From the IMG/VR virus record IMGVR_UViG_3300028920_000044, positions 1 to 64,000 of that record: 64,000 bases of DNA. One strand, written 5' to 3'. Source of the stretch: a virus. A program made the translations under genes and the position numbers. Within the stretch, counting starts at the first letter, position 1; each line of letters starts with the position of its first letter. Below are positions 27,183 to 38,230 of the stretch, one piece after another. The notes beneath the pieces are model-generated. The model did not search any database. It was not told the origin of the DNA and saw only the letters and a program-made list of their open reading frames with translations.

Positions 27183-29057
27183 TCAATGTAGAAAATCTGG
27201 AAGATTCTCTTGATCCTGTATTTCTGGGATCTGATATTCATTTGTTTGATCAAAATCATCAGTTATACTTGTTATCGCCATATCTGTGAGCGATTTAATA
27301 TCGTTTTCTAATCGTTTACTATTCGGATAGAGCAATTTTGCATCATCAATAAATTCTTGAATATTATTATAAATTCTAAGGTTATCTGTACAAAATAATG
27401 AGAACTTACTAAAATCTTTCCCTGATTCTTTTGATTTCGTAATTTTTACTTCAAAAGGAATCAGCACTTCTGTAATCATAGTTTTCATCTTCATGATTTC
27501 TGGGCTAAGTTGATCATTAACCAAATGAAGAGCTGGATTAATTACATGAGATACTACAGGATCAGTCAAAGGATTAAGATCTCTTCTAAGCCTACACATA
27601 TATAAGAAATCGGCATATCTTACCTTTTTGTAACTATCTCCAATCATAGTATTATCCATCGCTATATTCATATTTTCAGAAATCTTTGAATTTTGTGTTG
27701 CTGATATTATTGGAATCTTATGTTCTCTTGATAAATTTCTTAATTCTTGAACAATTTGTCCTTGTACATCATAATCACTTGTGTGAGTATATCTTTGAAT
27801 TGTAGGTTGAGCACAATCAACATAATCCATAAATACTAACTTTGCATTCCAACCTTCGACTCTTAGACGATCTAGAAACCTTCCTAGATCTCCAGGAGAG
27901 AAAGTATTCTCATTTGCATGCTTTACAACAATACCAAATTTACCATTTGTTAATGTTGTTACACTCGAATCTAATAAATTCTTAAACATCGATTTTACTT
28001 TAATACCAATATTTGAACTTGAATCTGTTAATTCGTTTGCTCTAGAAATTTCATAAGACTGTTTGAATACCGTCCTCAATAGATTATGTTTATAATTACC
28101 AAAGATAGCCATAAACCGTCTACTTAATTTATAAATATCATCTTCAAGTGTTATAAACACGACGGCATCATTCGGTTTAAAATCATTTAAGTTCATTTTT
28201 GACATCATATGTGCCAAATTAATCATAAATATACTTTTACCATGATTCGATGGTGCAGATATTAAATGAACGCTTGAGGATTCAAATCCTTCAACATATT
28301 TATCAAATAAATCAAATCCTGTTTTGAAGAAAGAATAATCTTGTGATACATATTTGAAAAGAGTATCAGCTAATGCTTCAGATGAGGCTTTATCATTTAA
28401 TACAAAATAATCACTTCTAGATTCTGCTTTATTAATAGATTGGAGTTTAGAAAGATCATTATAAGTATTAATAATAATATCTTTATAATTCTTAACAGTT
28501 TCAAATACACTAACATCTCCATTTCCAGCGTAATCAGTAAAGTTATTCATTAATATAAGAGATGATTTAATATGATCCAATTCATAAAATAAGCTAATCA
28601 TATTCAATGCATAATCTGTTTTCTTTCGAAATGAATCAATGGAATCTAATCTATTATCGATAGCATTTTTAATTAATGATTGAGTTGCCATATCTTGGGT
28701 AGGCAGATGTTGAAAGACATTCTGATAGCTTAAAATATTTGATCCTGATTCGCGGATTGTAAGTAATGTATCAACTAATCTAATTTTATTTTGCAATATA
28801 TTGACATTTCCTATCTTCAACGTTTTGACAATTTTATCTAAATCGCGAAGATAATCTCTAATATATTGAACTGTTGAATTGTTTGCACCTACTGTTACCG
28901 TACCAAAAGTAGCTGGATATAAACATACATTAATTAAATCAACAAATAAGGCATCATCGAAAAATTTCCCAAAAAATGTTTTAACTAACGTACCTGAGTT
29001 ACCTGCCGTTAGTCCCTGATTAAAGTTTGATACGTTTTGGGCCACAGTCACCTCCAT
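27183..29057 (-). CDS. DnaB-like (SF4) replicative helicase
   Basis: Walker A SAPSNHGKS, FITLED, Walker B VFMDY, IISATQ, IGDS....YAD. Confidence 0.9.
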   Translation of the reverse strand: MEVTVAQNVSNFNQGLTAGNSGTLVKTFFGKFFDDALFVDLINVCLYPATFGTVTVGANNSTVQYIRDYLRDLDKIVKTLKIGNVNILQNKIRLVDTLLTIRESGSNILSYQNVFQHLPTQDMATQSLIKNAIDNRLDSIDSFRKKTDYALNMISLFYELDHIKSSLILMNNFTDYAGNGDVSVFETVKNYKDIIINTYNDLSKLQSINKAESRSDYFVLNDKASSEALADTLFKYVSQDYSFFKTGFDLFDKYVEGFESSSVHLISAPSNHGKSIFMINLAHMMSKMNLNDFKPNDAVVFITLEDDIYKLSRRFMAIFGNYKHNLLRTVFKQSYEISRANELTDSSSNIGIKVKSMFKNLLDSSVTTLTNGKFGIVVKHANENTFSPGDLGRFLDRLRVEGWNAKLVFMDYVDCAQPTIQRYTHTSDYDVQGQIVQELRNLSREHKIPIISATQNSKISENMNIAMDNTMIGDSYKKVRYADFLYMCRLRRDLNPLTDPVVSHVINPALHLVNDQLSPEIMKMKTMITEVLIPFEVKITKSKESGKDFSKFSLFCTDNLRIYNNIQEFIDDAKLLYPNSKRLENDIKSLTDMAITSITDDFDQTNEYQIPEIQDQENLPDFLH

Positions 29058-29093
29058 AGTTTAAGTATTTATTATATTATTTACACTTAAACT

Positions 29094-29115
29094 ATTTCTA
29101 TATATCTTTTGAAAT
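29094..29115 (-). promoter_or_regulatory. phage promoter/operator motif
   Basis: Minus strand ATTTC-AAAAGA-TATATAGAAAT upstream of helicase. Confidence 0.75.
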
Positions 29116-29124
29116 ATAAAATTT

Positions 29125-30834
29125 TTAAGTTTTCACAAAATATCCTAACATACGAATATTAATTTGATTCGTTATTGTTGATAAGTACATACTCTCAATA
29201 AAGTTATGTAATTTCTCAAAATGAGAACTAACAACATTGCCATATAAACTTTTAGTTCTACCTATTTCAAATAATATATCCATATCATATTTAGAATCGC
29301 CTGTTGTATTATTTAATACAGACATAAATATATCTTTAAATTGAACCTGCAAACTATTAAATGCTACACCGGATACTAACTGAGATCGTATAAATGATTT
29401 GAAAAATAGATTAAATAATATTTGACATGTACACCAATTGAAATCGTTTGCTACATACCCTTCGTTTCTTAACATTGTGAACATGTCATTGTAAATTTCT
29501 TTTATAAAATCATTATATAAATCTGATTCCATGAAATCGTCAAATAACTTTGTGAAATATAAGAAAAATGCGAATTCGACAACATTTTCTTGATCTACCA
29601 TATTAGATAAATATGCGTTGTCGATATTGGTATCAAAATGATCAATTAAATTAGGATAGTTCACCTTTGATTCCGATATGTAATAACTAAACAATGATTC
29701 TAAGCTGCTTCGAGTAAATGCTAAACTCGTTTCTGGTTTAATAACCTCTTCTGAGTATTTAGCCATTATAATTGGCAACACATTTATATATTTAATAGGC
29801 CAAAACTTATAAAGATAAGAAATAAATAGATAATTCTGAATACTGGTTGATGAGACTTTATTCATAAATTCGTCAAGTATTTTATCTTCAGAGTAAGATG
29901 TAGATTGTATGAACCCTTGATCAAAGATATCTGAGTTATTATGTAGATCCGAAATCATTCTTGAACCAAACACAAGATAAAACGAATTCAGAACATATTG
30001 AATTATTTCTCCAGTAGGATACCCAATAAAATTATCAATATAGGTATTAAATGAATCTTTTAATCTACCAATATTATGAGATATAGTGTTGATTGAAGTA
30101 GTTATCAATGTATCATCAATCTTTGACATTGAATATAAACTCTGTAATATTATCTTACTAGATATGCTAAAAAATTCAGTTGCATTATCATCAATGAACG
30201 ATGTGAAAGAAGATTTAATATCAGACTTATTAAATATATCATTATCTATACAATACACACTCAATTTTCCACTAACATTTGTAGCATTCCTTAAATGTTG
30301 GCGAAATAGGAAATCAAATAGAAACGTATGAACAAAGCTTCCATTCACATCTAACATATTAGGATTATAAGGTAACTCATTTAAACTATTATAATGATTT
30401 ACGATTTTCTTTAATTCAGAGTAATCATGAAAATGCTGCTTTAAATGAAATAAATCATTAACTGATGAGAAGAATGTGTATTGAAGATATATATCATTTC
30501 TAATCTTAACTATATCTCCTGGAATCTTATCTAATTTTATTCTCATAGATAATGCATCTTTATCAGTTACATAATCTTTAAGAACATTAACCGTATCCAA
30601 TGCGCAATTATGTATTTTCCATAAATCAAATTGAGCGGATTTATCAAAAAACTGATATATACATGGGTATTTTGGATAATCTGATACTTTATTATTTAAC
30701 CCACAATCTATAAATTGACCCTCTTTAATTAAATCGTAAACATGATTAAATGCAGTCGCCAGAGTATCGAGCCTTGGTTGATATTTATGAAAGTGACTCA
30801 TGTATGATGCATATGCATTTGATAGGTTACTCAT
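29125..30834 (-). CDS. hypothetical protein, probably virion structural
   Basis: 569 aa in the tail operon. Confidence 0.7.
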   Translation of the reverse strand: MSNLSNAYASYMSHFHKYQPRLDTLATAFNHVYDLIKEGQFIDCGLNNKVSDYPKYPCIYQFFDKSAQFDLWKIHNCALDTVNVLKDYVTDKDALSMRIKLDKIPGDIVKIRNDIYLQYTFFSSVNDLFHLKQHFHDYSELKKIVNHYNSLNELPYNPNMLDVNGSFVHTFLFDFLFRQHLRNATNVSGKLSVYCIDNDIFNKSDIKSSFTSFIDDNATEFFSISSKIILQSLYSMSKIDDTLITTSINTISHNIGRLKDSFNTYIDNFIGYPTGEIIQYVLNSFYLVFGSRMISDLHNNSDIFDQGFIQSTSYSEDKILDEFMNKVSSTSIQNYLFISYLYKFWPIKYINVLPIIMAKYSEEVIKPETSLAFTRSSLESLFSYYISESKVNYPNLIDHFDTNIDNAYLSNMVDQENVVEFAFFLYFTKLFDDFMESDLYNDFIKEIYNDMFTMLRNEGYVANDFNWCTCQILFNLFFKSFIRSQLVSGVAFNSLQVQFKDIFMSVLNNTTGDSKYDMDILFEIGRTKSLYGNVVSSHFEKLHNFIESMYLSTITNQINIRMLGYFVKT

Positions 30835-30853
30835 TATTTAAAACCCTTTATGG

Positions 30854-32284
30854 TTAGCGATTAACTCTCGCCAATGCGATATGCTGCTCGTTAGCTTGAG
30901 TATTTGCTGTTTGATCTTTCGCCGTCTCTTTCGCCTTTAATTTAGTTGCATCCGCTTGTACATCCTCCATATTAATTGTTCCTTGATTTATTTTCTCAGG
31001 AACTTTCTCATATTGAGGTCCTGTTGAAATTGTAGTTTCTCCTATATTTGCCATCTGTAAACCAGGATCTTTTGGTAATGACCCAATATTATGTTTAGTT
31101 ACAATAGTATTGATAGCAACAGGTCTTAATGAATCAACAAGAGTTCCTAATGTAGGAAATAATGCCCTTGTTCCTGCTACTGCAACATCTAAATCTGCTG
31201 TTATTTTGTCTGTGTCATCATAAATATTTTTATTCTTATGATCGTTTGTTTCTTTTGTGAATACAGCAAACCCATCCATGAGAGATTGAAATTGTACTGA
31301 AACATCTATCGATAACGGTTGTCTATAAATATTAAATGAAGTATCTGCTCCTCCACGACGAAGACTTATACTAGATATATGAGCTAAAGGAAGATTTGCT
31401 GTACCATATCCTTTAACTGTCATTTTAGGAGATTGCCCATAAGATATACCATCTGTAGTTCTTGCAGCTGACATAATAATTAAAAACATTAAAGGTTTTA
31501 TAATAAATTCTTTAATTGCAGAAGGGTGACCATATGGAGAAACAAGTTTAACAACAGCTGATAGATTAGGTGTATAATTTGAATCAGACCATAACTTTGG
31601 TAGACTTATTTTATTACCTGCTGCTATTGCTGTTCCAATAGAAGCTCCGAGACCTTCAAAATCTGCTTCAAGCCCAAACGCACGACCAACAGTTTCTACA
31701 ACTCCACCAGCTTGCGTACCAACCTTTTCTCCTATTCCTCTAGCCCATTCATCATATGCAGTAGTAATAGATCTACCAAAATCTCGAACTACTCTTGTTT
31801 TATCAATTGCTGAATTAAATGCACTTTTGAGAACATTATCAGTGTAACTACTAGAGAATTCATCAGTTGATGTTGTTTCATCAGTCAAATATAATCTAAG
31901 ACCTCCGTAACCTTGAGGTAATCCATATACCTTAGAAACTGATTGAAATCTTTGAACTGCCTGCTCATAACTAATAGCAGGAGTTAGTGCTTCAATGACA
32001 TTTATTTTACCTTCTTTATCTTTTGATATGAATGCTTTCGCTAACGGCATTAAATAGTCACATGGTATTAAATCAATAACACTCATTTTAGACTCAATGT
32101 ATTCCTGAATTCTATTCTTTGGATCAACATCTCTAGAGAATGCAGAAGGTTTACCAATTTTATATAGTTCTAAATTTGCAGCACTAAGTGGAGTTACAGT
32201 CCTCAATGTTGTATCAATAAGCTGCTTTACTCCTGATTTTTGTGCATTATCTTTTTTCTCATTAACAGTTTTACCATTACTCAT
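30854..32284 (-). CDS. baseplate-tube junction / tube initiator (gp48/gp54-like)
   Basis: Follows tape measure; PKLWSDS.Y, L.SPYG, ISSIS..RGG, PLSIDVSVQF. Confidence 0.6.
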   Translation of the reverse strand: MSNGKTVNEKKDNAQKSGVKQLIDTTLRTVTPLSAANLELYKIGKPSAFSRDVDPKNRIQEYIESKMSVIDLIPCDYLMPLAKAFISKDKEGKINVIEALTPAISYEQAVQRFQSVSKVYGLPQGYGGLRLYLTDETTSTDEFSSSYTDNVLKSAFNSAIDKTRVVRDFGRSITTAYDEWARGIGEKVGTQAGGVVETVGRAFGLEADFEGLGASIGTAIAAGNKISLPKLWSDSNYTPNLSAVVKLVSPYGHPSAIKEFIIKPLMFLIIMSAARTTDGISYGQSPKMTVKGYGTANLPLAHISSISLRRGGADTSFNIYRQPLSIDVSVQFQSLMDGFAVFTKETNDHKNKNIYDDTDKITADLDVAVAGTRALFPTLGTLVDSLRPVAINTIVTKHNIGSLPKDPGLQMANIGETTISTGPQYEKVPEKINQGTINMEDVQADATKLKAKETAKDQTANTQANEQHIALARVNR

Positions 32285-32303
32285 ATCACGTTTCTCCTTA
32301 ATA

Positions 32304-32326
32304 GATGGGGGATTTTCTCCCCCATC
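32304..32326 (-). terminator. hairpin after tape measure gene
   Basis: GATGGGGGA/TCCCCCATC. Confidence 0.6.
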
Positions 32327-32331
32327 ATTAA

Positions 32332-35300
32332 TTAACTAAACGCATGACCTACATTACTATTATATGCATAGTTTTTATATCTGTTATTAAATTCATAAGC
32401 ACAATCAACAAACAGGTTTCGGATAAATGTATCTAATGTAGGATCTGTTACTTCTAAATCTTTCTCATCAGCAACTCGACCTTCAGATGTTCCTGGTCTA
32501 GGCAAAGGAATAGTCAAAGGTGGCATTATTTGATTCTGAGAATTTGATCTCTCTTTTAATTTAGCCTCTGATTGAATTTCTGATACTTTGTCTGCTAACG
32601 AATTGCGAAGAGTAGTAGGGTTATATCGTTCATTAAACGGTCCGGCAGCTTCTGCTCCTTCAATTCCAAGTTTACTTGCATCAATTTCTTGTCCACTAAG
32701 TTTTGAACCTAACTGTCTCTCAGCTACAATATCACTAGCATATTCTGGAGTAAAAGAAGGATCAAGACTCTTAAATACTAATTCAGGATCATACCATTTG
32801 CCCTTCTTCTTAACTCCGAAGTGAAGATGTTTCTTCATACCTGGAATAGGACCAACATTACCAGCTTGACCAATTACATCTCCTGGATTGACTTCATCGC
32901 CAATTTTTACTTGCTTATTACCTAAATGCAAATAGTGTGTACTAAATCCCTTTTCAGCTGATGGACCATGGTGAAGCACTAACGATCCCCATCTATCTCC
33001 ACTTCCAATAACTTTACCTTTAAATGCAGCAACTACATCATCAGCTCTCATATCAGAACCTTTATGTAATTTGCTTGCACCTTTAAGTTTAGTTCTTCTT
33101 GGTCCAAATGGAGAAGTTATAAAATTTGCCCCTGGCCACATGAACCCACCTTTGCCCATTCTCTTACCAACCCTAAAGGGCTTGTATTTAAACTTCCTAT
33201 CACTGAATCCTAAAGCAGTTGTTAGCTTTCCCCACCAACTTGTTGGTTTGACTTCATCAACACCGAATGTTTTTTCTGTATCTAACATTCCTAAGTCATC
33301 ATACATATCCATAGCAGCAGCACTAGCTCCACTAGCTCCAGCCATACCACCCATACCAGCATATCTGCCTCCTGGTTGAACTACTTTTCCTGCAGCGGCA
33401 GTACTACCACCAGCTGCTAACATTCTACCAGCAGAACTACCCATCAATCCGGCATTTTTCTTTACTGCTTCTTGATCTTTCTTTTTAGCATCATCAACAA
33501 TTTTCTTTTTCTGATCAAGTCGTTTCGCTTCATTTTCAATAGAAGCTTTCGCAGCAGTTTCTATATCTTTAGCTTTCTTTTCAGAGTCTTTTAATTTATC
33601 AGCATCAGATTTGGTATATTTGCTTGCAGGTGATTTTGGAGCATCACCAGCTTTTGGTTTTAATCTCCCTTCTTGTTGTTGTAACATTTTAAGTTGAACA
33701 GAAGGAGGAAGATCAGACCATGCCGCCATTTGCCCGGCATAATGATCAATATATTCTTTATCATTTTGGTCTACAGCTTGTTCATATTTACGAATTGCTT
33801 CTTTATGTAAATTATTATCAATACGAGTAAATTTCTTTACATCTGTACCCGTCGTTTTCTTAATTTCTGTTTTTACCTGGTTCTCAGCATCTGCTTCGGC
33901 TACAGTAACCCAACCGTATCTATTACTAATAGAAGGCACTATCTTTTTATATCGTAACATCATAAAATTGGTGATAATACCTTCATCATCATAAACATAT
34001 AATTTTTTAGCTTCAGGACTTGAGTTACCTTCTAATCTCTCAGTCATCGTCCCTTTAATCTTTTTAGTCTGCGCTTTAGATTCCTGTACTTGCTTAATTA
34101 CTTTACTGGTGCCTGTCATTTTATCAACATCAATTGCACCTAATGTTGCCCATTTAAGACCAGTACCAGCACCGAGACCTAACTTTTGCCACGCAGATAA
34201 TTTCTCACCCAAAGGATCTCCATACTTTTCTTGAGCTCGATAAGCACCAGCTGCAGTACCTCCTATTCCAGCTAATGCTGTTAATCCAGCAGCACCTATA
34301 GTTCTAGCACCGGTGGCTAATCCTCTACCAAGACCCCCAAGAGCTCTACCAGCCATTGGTACACCTCTTTTAGCAATCCAACTAGCACCTTTTTTAACTC
34401 CTGTTTTAGCAAGACCAGCCGCCTTCTTTGAAGCAAAAAGACCAGCGCCAACACCAAGTCCACCACCAACAATAGCACCAGGAACACCACCAGGAATACC
34501 ACCAGCCACTCCTCCTAAAAGAGCAAGTATAGCAGGAACAGCAAGTGGTAAGAAAGACATTGCACTACTAATATCAAATCCACCTTTCTCTTTCTTCTTT
34601 TTGCTTTTCTTTCCTATACCTTTGTGATCTGTATCTTCAGTATTCTCATCGATCTCACCAAGCTTTTCAAGCACTGAATCCATCCACTTGACAGCTTTCA
34701 ATTGTGCCGTTTTTTCTTTGAGTTCATTTAACTCAGACTTGAGACCTCTACCATATGCTCCAGCAGCACCTTTAACATCATCACCACTACCAGTTAACAT
34801 CTTTAATATAAGTTGAGGTCCACCAATTATTTCACCTTTATGAACATATGCTAAACCAGTTTGACCTACAACTCCACCATCTGCTGCTGCAGCTTTTTTC
34901 TCTCCATACCAATTTTCTGGATCATAATCATCAGCAGCATTTCGTCCAAGACTTTGTAGATATTCAACGATACTGATAATTTTACTAACAGGACTGCGAT
35001 GTGGTAATACGTCGCCAATATCTGAACTATCATCAAACTCTTTTATTATTTTTTGTAGTTCCCGTTGTCTTGAACTAGCAGTTGATCTTTGAACTGTAGG
35101 GCTTTCATGTTCGGCCCATATCCTTTCTAATTCTGCCTGAGGATCACGATTTTGTTTCTCTATTAATGCTTGTCGTTCTTGAGGAGACATACCTCTCATC
35201 ATCTGAGCTTCTTTTCTTACACGAATCTTTTCTTCTTCTATCTTTTTCTCTTCTTCCTGTTTAGCTTTTATTTCTTCTTGTCTCTTTGTCCATTCTTGTG

Positions 35301-38217
35301 AAACTTCAAACAATCCTGGGAATTTAAGGATCATACCATCTGCTACATTCGCCAATGTTACAGGCAAAGGATCTGATGTTCCTCTATGAATGTCTAATAA
35401 TAAACCATACATTCCGCCAGGTTCAGCTAATGCTCTTTCTACTTCTTTATTACCACGGAACATTTGACCTTTTACTTCAGCACCCATTCCACCAATTGTC
35501 GATCCTTTATTCTGCAACGCCATCTGAATGAAACCGAGATTATTAATATTTGTAAAGAACTCGTCATCGTCAACACCAAGCCTACCATACGCATCAGAAG
35601 TTAATCTGCCCTTTAAATATTCTTTAATAAACTTCTTATCACCAGATTTAAACATATCAGGCATTTCAGCAAACCCGGCACTCATTCTTACAATATCTTC
35701 ACCACTAAGTCCTTCAAACGTTTTCTGAGTCTGCATAAACTCCAGTATATTCGGAGGAATAGCACCAGCAGCTCCACCTAACCCACCCATTAACAACAAT
35801 GGTAATAAAGCACCACCTGTTGCTAATGAAGCAGCTCCACCTAATATACCAGCACCAGCACCAGCAGCCACACCACCTATACCACCCATCATTTTACGTT
35901 GCATCTGAGGCCATATATCTTGCTCAAATGACATTTGCTTTCTAGCTTGTTCTGCCCCAAACCATCCTGGAACAACTCGAGCTCTACCTCTACCCTTTGC
36001 ACCACGCTGACGATACATCGCGGTTTCCATTACTTCTTCAGGGGTAAGAGTCATTTCTTGACCAATTTCAATAAGTGGAGCAGCAAGAGCCATTTGTAAT
36101 GCACCTACTAACCCTCCACGTTTTTGACCACCAGTCGCCATATCATAAGGCATAGCTTCAACACCACGAACCATTCCAGCTGCACCTGAAAGTCTTTCTT
36201 CTACTGTTCCTCCACCTGCTCCAGTTATTTTATTAACTAACCACCCTACTCGATCCATTCCTGTTCCCTTGAATGCACCTTCCAGAGCGATTTGCATTCT
36301 TTCTCTATCTTGCTTATGTTGATCTTCAAGACCTTTCTCATCTAAATATTTACCAGCAGTATAACTCCACACACCTTTTTGAACTTGCATACTATAAGTT
36401 CGTTCATCCCTCTTATGAGTTATACCCGTCATTTGTTGAGTTAAAAGAAACATCACACCATAAATATTGGCCAATTCTTGGACCTGTCTCCAACCAATAC
36501 TTCGCATCTCTTCCATTATATCAGGAAGACCACGACCCATAAATTCGTTAGCCATTTCTTGTGGTGATTTATAGATACCAGCTTTCTTTCTTAAAGTCTC
36601 TTCACTCTCTAACATCTCTTGTGTTTCTTCTCCACCTAACATAAAGCTTCGTGCACCACCCCATATACTTTTCGCTGCGCCACGAACTTTACCACCTATT
36701 GAGAATGGAAGTTTCAACATATTCCACAAAGCATTAACACCAGGAATATTAGTCAGCATTTCCGCCGGACTCTTTAGGACATCCCAGATCTTACCAATTG
36801 CAGATCTCTCATAATCATCACTCTTAATAGCAGTGTCTGGAATACCAAATCCAGTTCTACGAATAGCTAATAATTCACTTGCAGATAATCTCTGAATATC
36901 AAATGATGCTCCTAATATACTTAACATTTTAACTTCATGACTAGGAGCCATATCGATAATCTGTCGAGATGTCATTTCAAGTAAACGACTTTGTGCTACT
37001 CCTAAACCTCGTTCTTTAGCAGTCTTCTTCCAATCCTTTCTCTCACTGCTACTGGAATACGCTGCAGATAACTCTTCTTGAAAGTCTTTCGGTAATTTAC
37101 CTGTGCTAATGAAATTAAATAATTGACCAAATATATCATATTTAGCAACTGTTCTTGACATAAAGCCTTCAGCAGCACCTACAGCTTTACTAATAGTGCC
37201 ACCTTCAGTTAGGCCAGTAGTTGCTTTACTATAAGCTTCACCTGCACCAACTATACCCTTTTCTTTTTCTTCTCTTAGATATTTCTGATCAGCCCACATT
37301 TCAGGCAAAACGGATGTATGTGCTTCAATCCATTTCATTATCTGAATTTGTAACTGATCACCAGGCTGCAACTGTCCTTTAGACGCTAACATATTAATTT
37401 GAGCATCAAGGGATTGTGAGAAAGAGAACTTAGCTTCCTCTGCTCCACCAGAACTTCTTTGAGCTGTTATTTTCGCCATCTTACGAGCCTTCATCATACC
37501 AAGACCCATTTGAGCAGCAATCATTGGAGCCATCCCAGTCGCCATTCCAGCCATTGAACTAGGATCTGTCATTCCAGCAGGTAGAGTCATTCCCATCTTT
37601 TTAGCAGCAGCCCCGGCCATTGGTCTACCAGCATCATATAATCCCATTGACCCTTGCAGACTGGAAGGCATACCTCCACCATACACCATACTTGCAACTC
37701 GCGGTGCAGCTATTGCTCTATTAGCTAGACTTAACGTACTAAGTGCGCTACTGGCAGTACCTGTAGCGCCTAATTGTTTTCTATGTTGTTGTTCATAGGC
37801 CAATTGTTTTTGCCTTGGGACATTCATAATCCCAGAAGTACCTAAATAACCCAATCCGCCCATCTTAGTTATAGCATCAGTTAATGCGCCAGTGTCAACT
37901 CCACCAGCAGCTCCACCAGCAACACCTCTTACCTTAGATATTTTAGAAACAGCTTTACCAATAACTTCATCTAAATTATCCATTCTTGATACAGCGCTAA
38001 GAGCCATACCAGGCATAAGAGTAGCTTTTTGAATTGCTGTAGCTACTTTGCTACTACGTTGTGCCTCTAATTCTCCTCTTAGCATTTCACTCATATCTGT
38101 GTCGCCAGGTCGACCTCCACCACCTTTACCTTTATTTCTCGATGCTTCAATCATACCCGCAAGTTGAGCAATTTGTTGATTCGACGTACCATACTGCGGT
38201 TTATTTGGTTGTGGCAT
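32332..38217 (-). CDS. tape measure protein with C-terminal M23 peptidase domain
   Basis: 1961 aa, Ala/Gly/Met-rich; ADGGVV...GLAYVHKGE motif; ITSPFGPR, HKGSD, YLHL, HLHF zinc ligands. Confidence 0.88.
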   Translation of the reverse strand: MPQPNKPQYGTSNQQIAQLAGMIEASRNKGKGGGGRPGDTDMSEMLRGELEAQRSSKVATAIQKATLMPGMALSAVSRMDNLDEVIGKAVSKISKVRGVAGGAAGGVDTGALTDAITKMGGLGYLGTSGIMNVPRQKQLAYEQQHRKQLGATGTASSALSTLSLANRAIAAPRVASMVYGGGMPSSLQGSMGLYDAGRPMAGAAAKKMGMTLPAGMTDPSSMAGMATGMAPMIAAQMGLGMMKARKMAKITAQRSSGGAEEAKFSFSQSLDAQINMLASKGQLQPGDQLQIQIMKWIEAHTSVLPEMWADQKYLREEKEKGIVGAGEAYSKATTGLTEGGTISKAVGAAEGFMSRTVAKYDIFGQLFNFISTGKLPKDFQEELSAAYSSSSERKDWKKTAKERGLGVAQSRLLEMTSRQIIDMAPSHEVKMLSILGASFDIQRLSASELLAIRRTGFGIPDTAIKSDDYERSAIGKIWDVLKSPAEMLTNIPGVNALWNMLKLPFSIGGKVRGAAKSIWGGARSFMLGGEETQEMLESEETLRKKAGIYKSPQEMANEFMGRGLPDIMEEMRSIGWRQVQELANIYGVMFLLTQQMTGITHKRDERTYSMQVQKGVWSYTAGKYLDEKGLEDQHKQDRERMQIALEGAFKGTGMDRVGWLVNKITGAGGGTVEERLSGAAGMVRGVEAMPYDMATGGQKRGGLVGALQMALAAPLIEIGQEMTLTPEEVMETAMYRQRGAKGRGRARVVPGWFGAEQARKQMSFEQDIWPQMQRKMMGGIGGVAAGAGAGILGGAASLATGGALLPLLLMGGLGGAAGAIPPNILEFMQTQKTFEGLSGEDIVRMSAGFAEMPDMFKSGDKKFIKEYLKGRLTSDAYGRLGVDDDEFFTNINNLGFIQMALQNKGSTIGGMGAEVKGQMFRGNKEVERALAEPGGMYGLLLDIHRGTSDPLPVTLANVADGMILKFPGLFEVSQEWTKRQEEIKAKQEEEKKIEEEKIRVRKEAQMMRGMSPQERQALIEKQNRDPQAELERIWAEHESPTVQRSTASSRQRELQKIIKEFDDSSDIGDVLPHRSPVSKIISIVEYLQSLGRNAADDYDPENWYGEKKAAAADGGVVGQTGLAYVHKGEIIGGPQLILKMLTGSGDDVKGAAGAYGRGLKSELNELKEKTAQLKAVKWMDSVLEKLGEIDENTEDTDHKGIGKKSKKKKEKGGFDISSAMSFLPLAVPAILALLGGVAGGIPGGVPGAIVGGGLGVGAGLFASKKAAGLAKTGVKKGASWIAKRGVPMAGRALGGLGRGLATGARTIGAAGLTALAGIGGTAAGAYRAQEKYGDPLGEKLSAWQKLGLGAGTGLKWATLGAIDVDKMTGTSKVIKQVQESKAQTKKIKGTMTERLEGNSSPEAKKLYVYDDEGIITNFMMLRYKKIVPSISNRYGWVTVAEADAENQVKTEIKKTTGTDVKKFTRIDNNLHKEAIRKYEQAVDQNDKEYIDHYAGQMAAWSDLPPSVQLKMLQQQEGRLKPKAGDAPKSPASKYTKSDADKLKDSEKKAKDIETAAKASIENEAKRLDQKKKIVDDAKKKDQEAVKKNAGLMGSSAGRMLAAGGSTAAAGKVVQPGGRYAGMGGMAGASGASAAAMDMYDDLGMLDTEKTFGVDEVKPTSWWGKLTTALGFSDRKFKYKPFRVGKRMGKGGFMWPGANFITSPFGPRRTKLKGASKLHKGSDMRADDVVAAFKGKVIGSGDRWGSLVLHHGPSAEKGFSTHYLHLGNKQVKIGDEVNPGDVIGQAGNVGPIPGMKKHLHFGVKKKGKWYDPELVFKSLDPSFTPEYASDIVAERQLGSKLSGQEIDASKLGIEGAEAAGPFNERYNPTTLRNSLADKVSEIQSEAKLKERSNSQNQIMPPLTIPLPRPGTSEGRVADEKDLEVTDPTLDTFIRNLFVDCAYEFNNRYKNYAYNSNVGHAFS

Positions 38218-38230
38218 TTTATTTCCTCAA

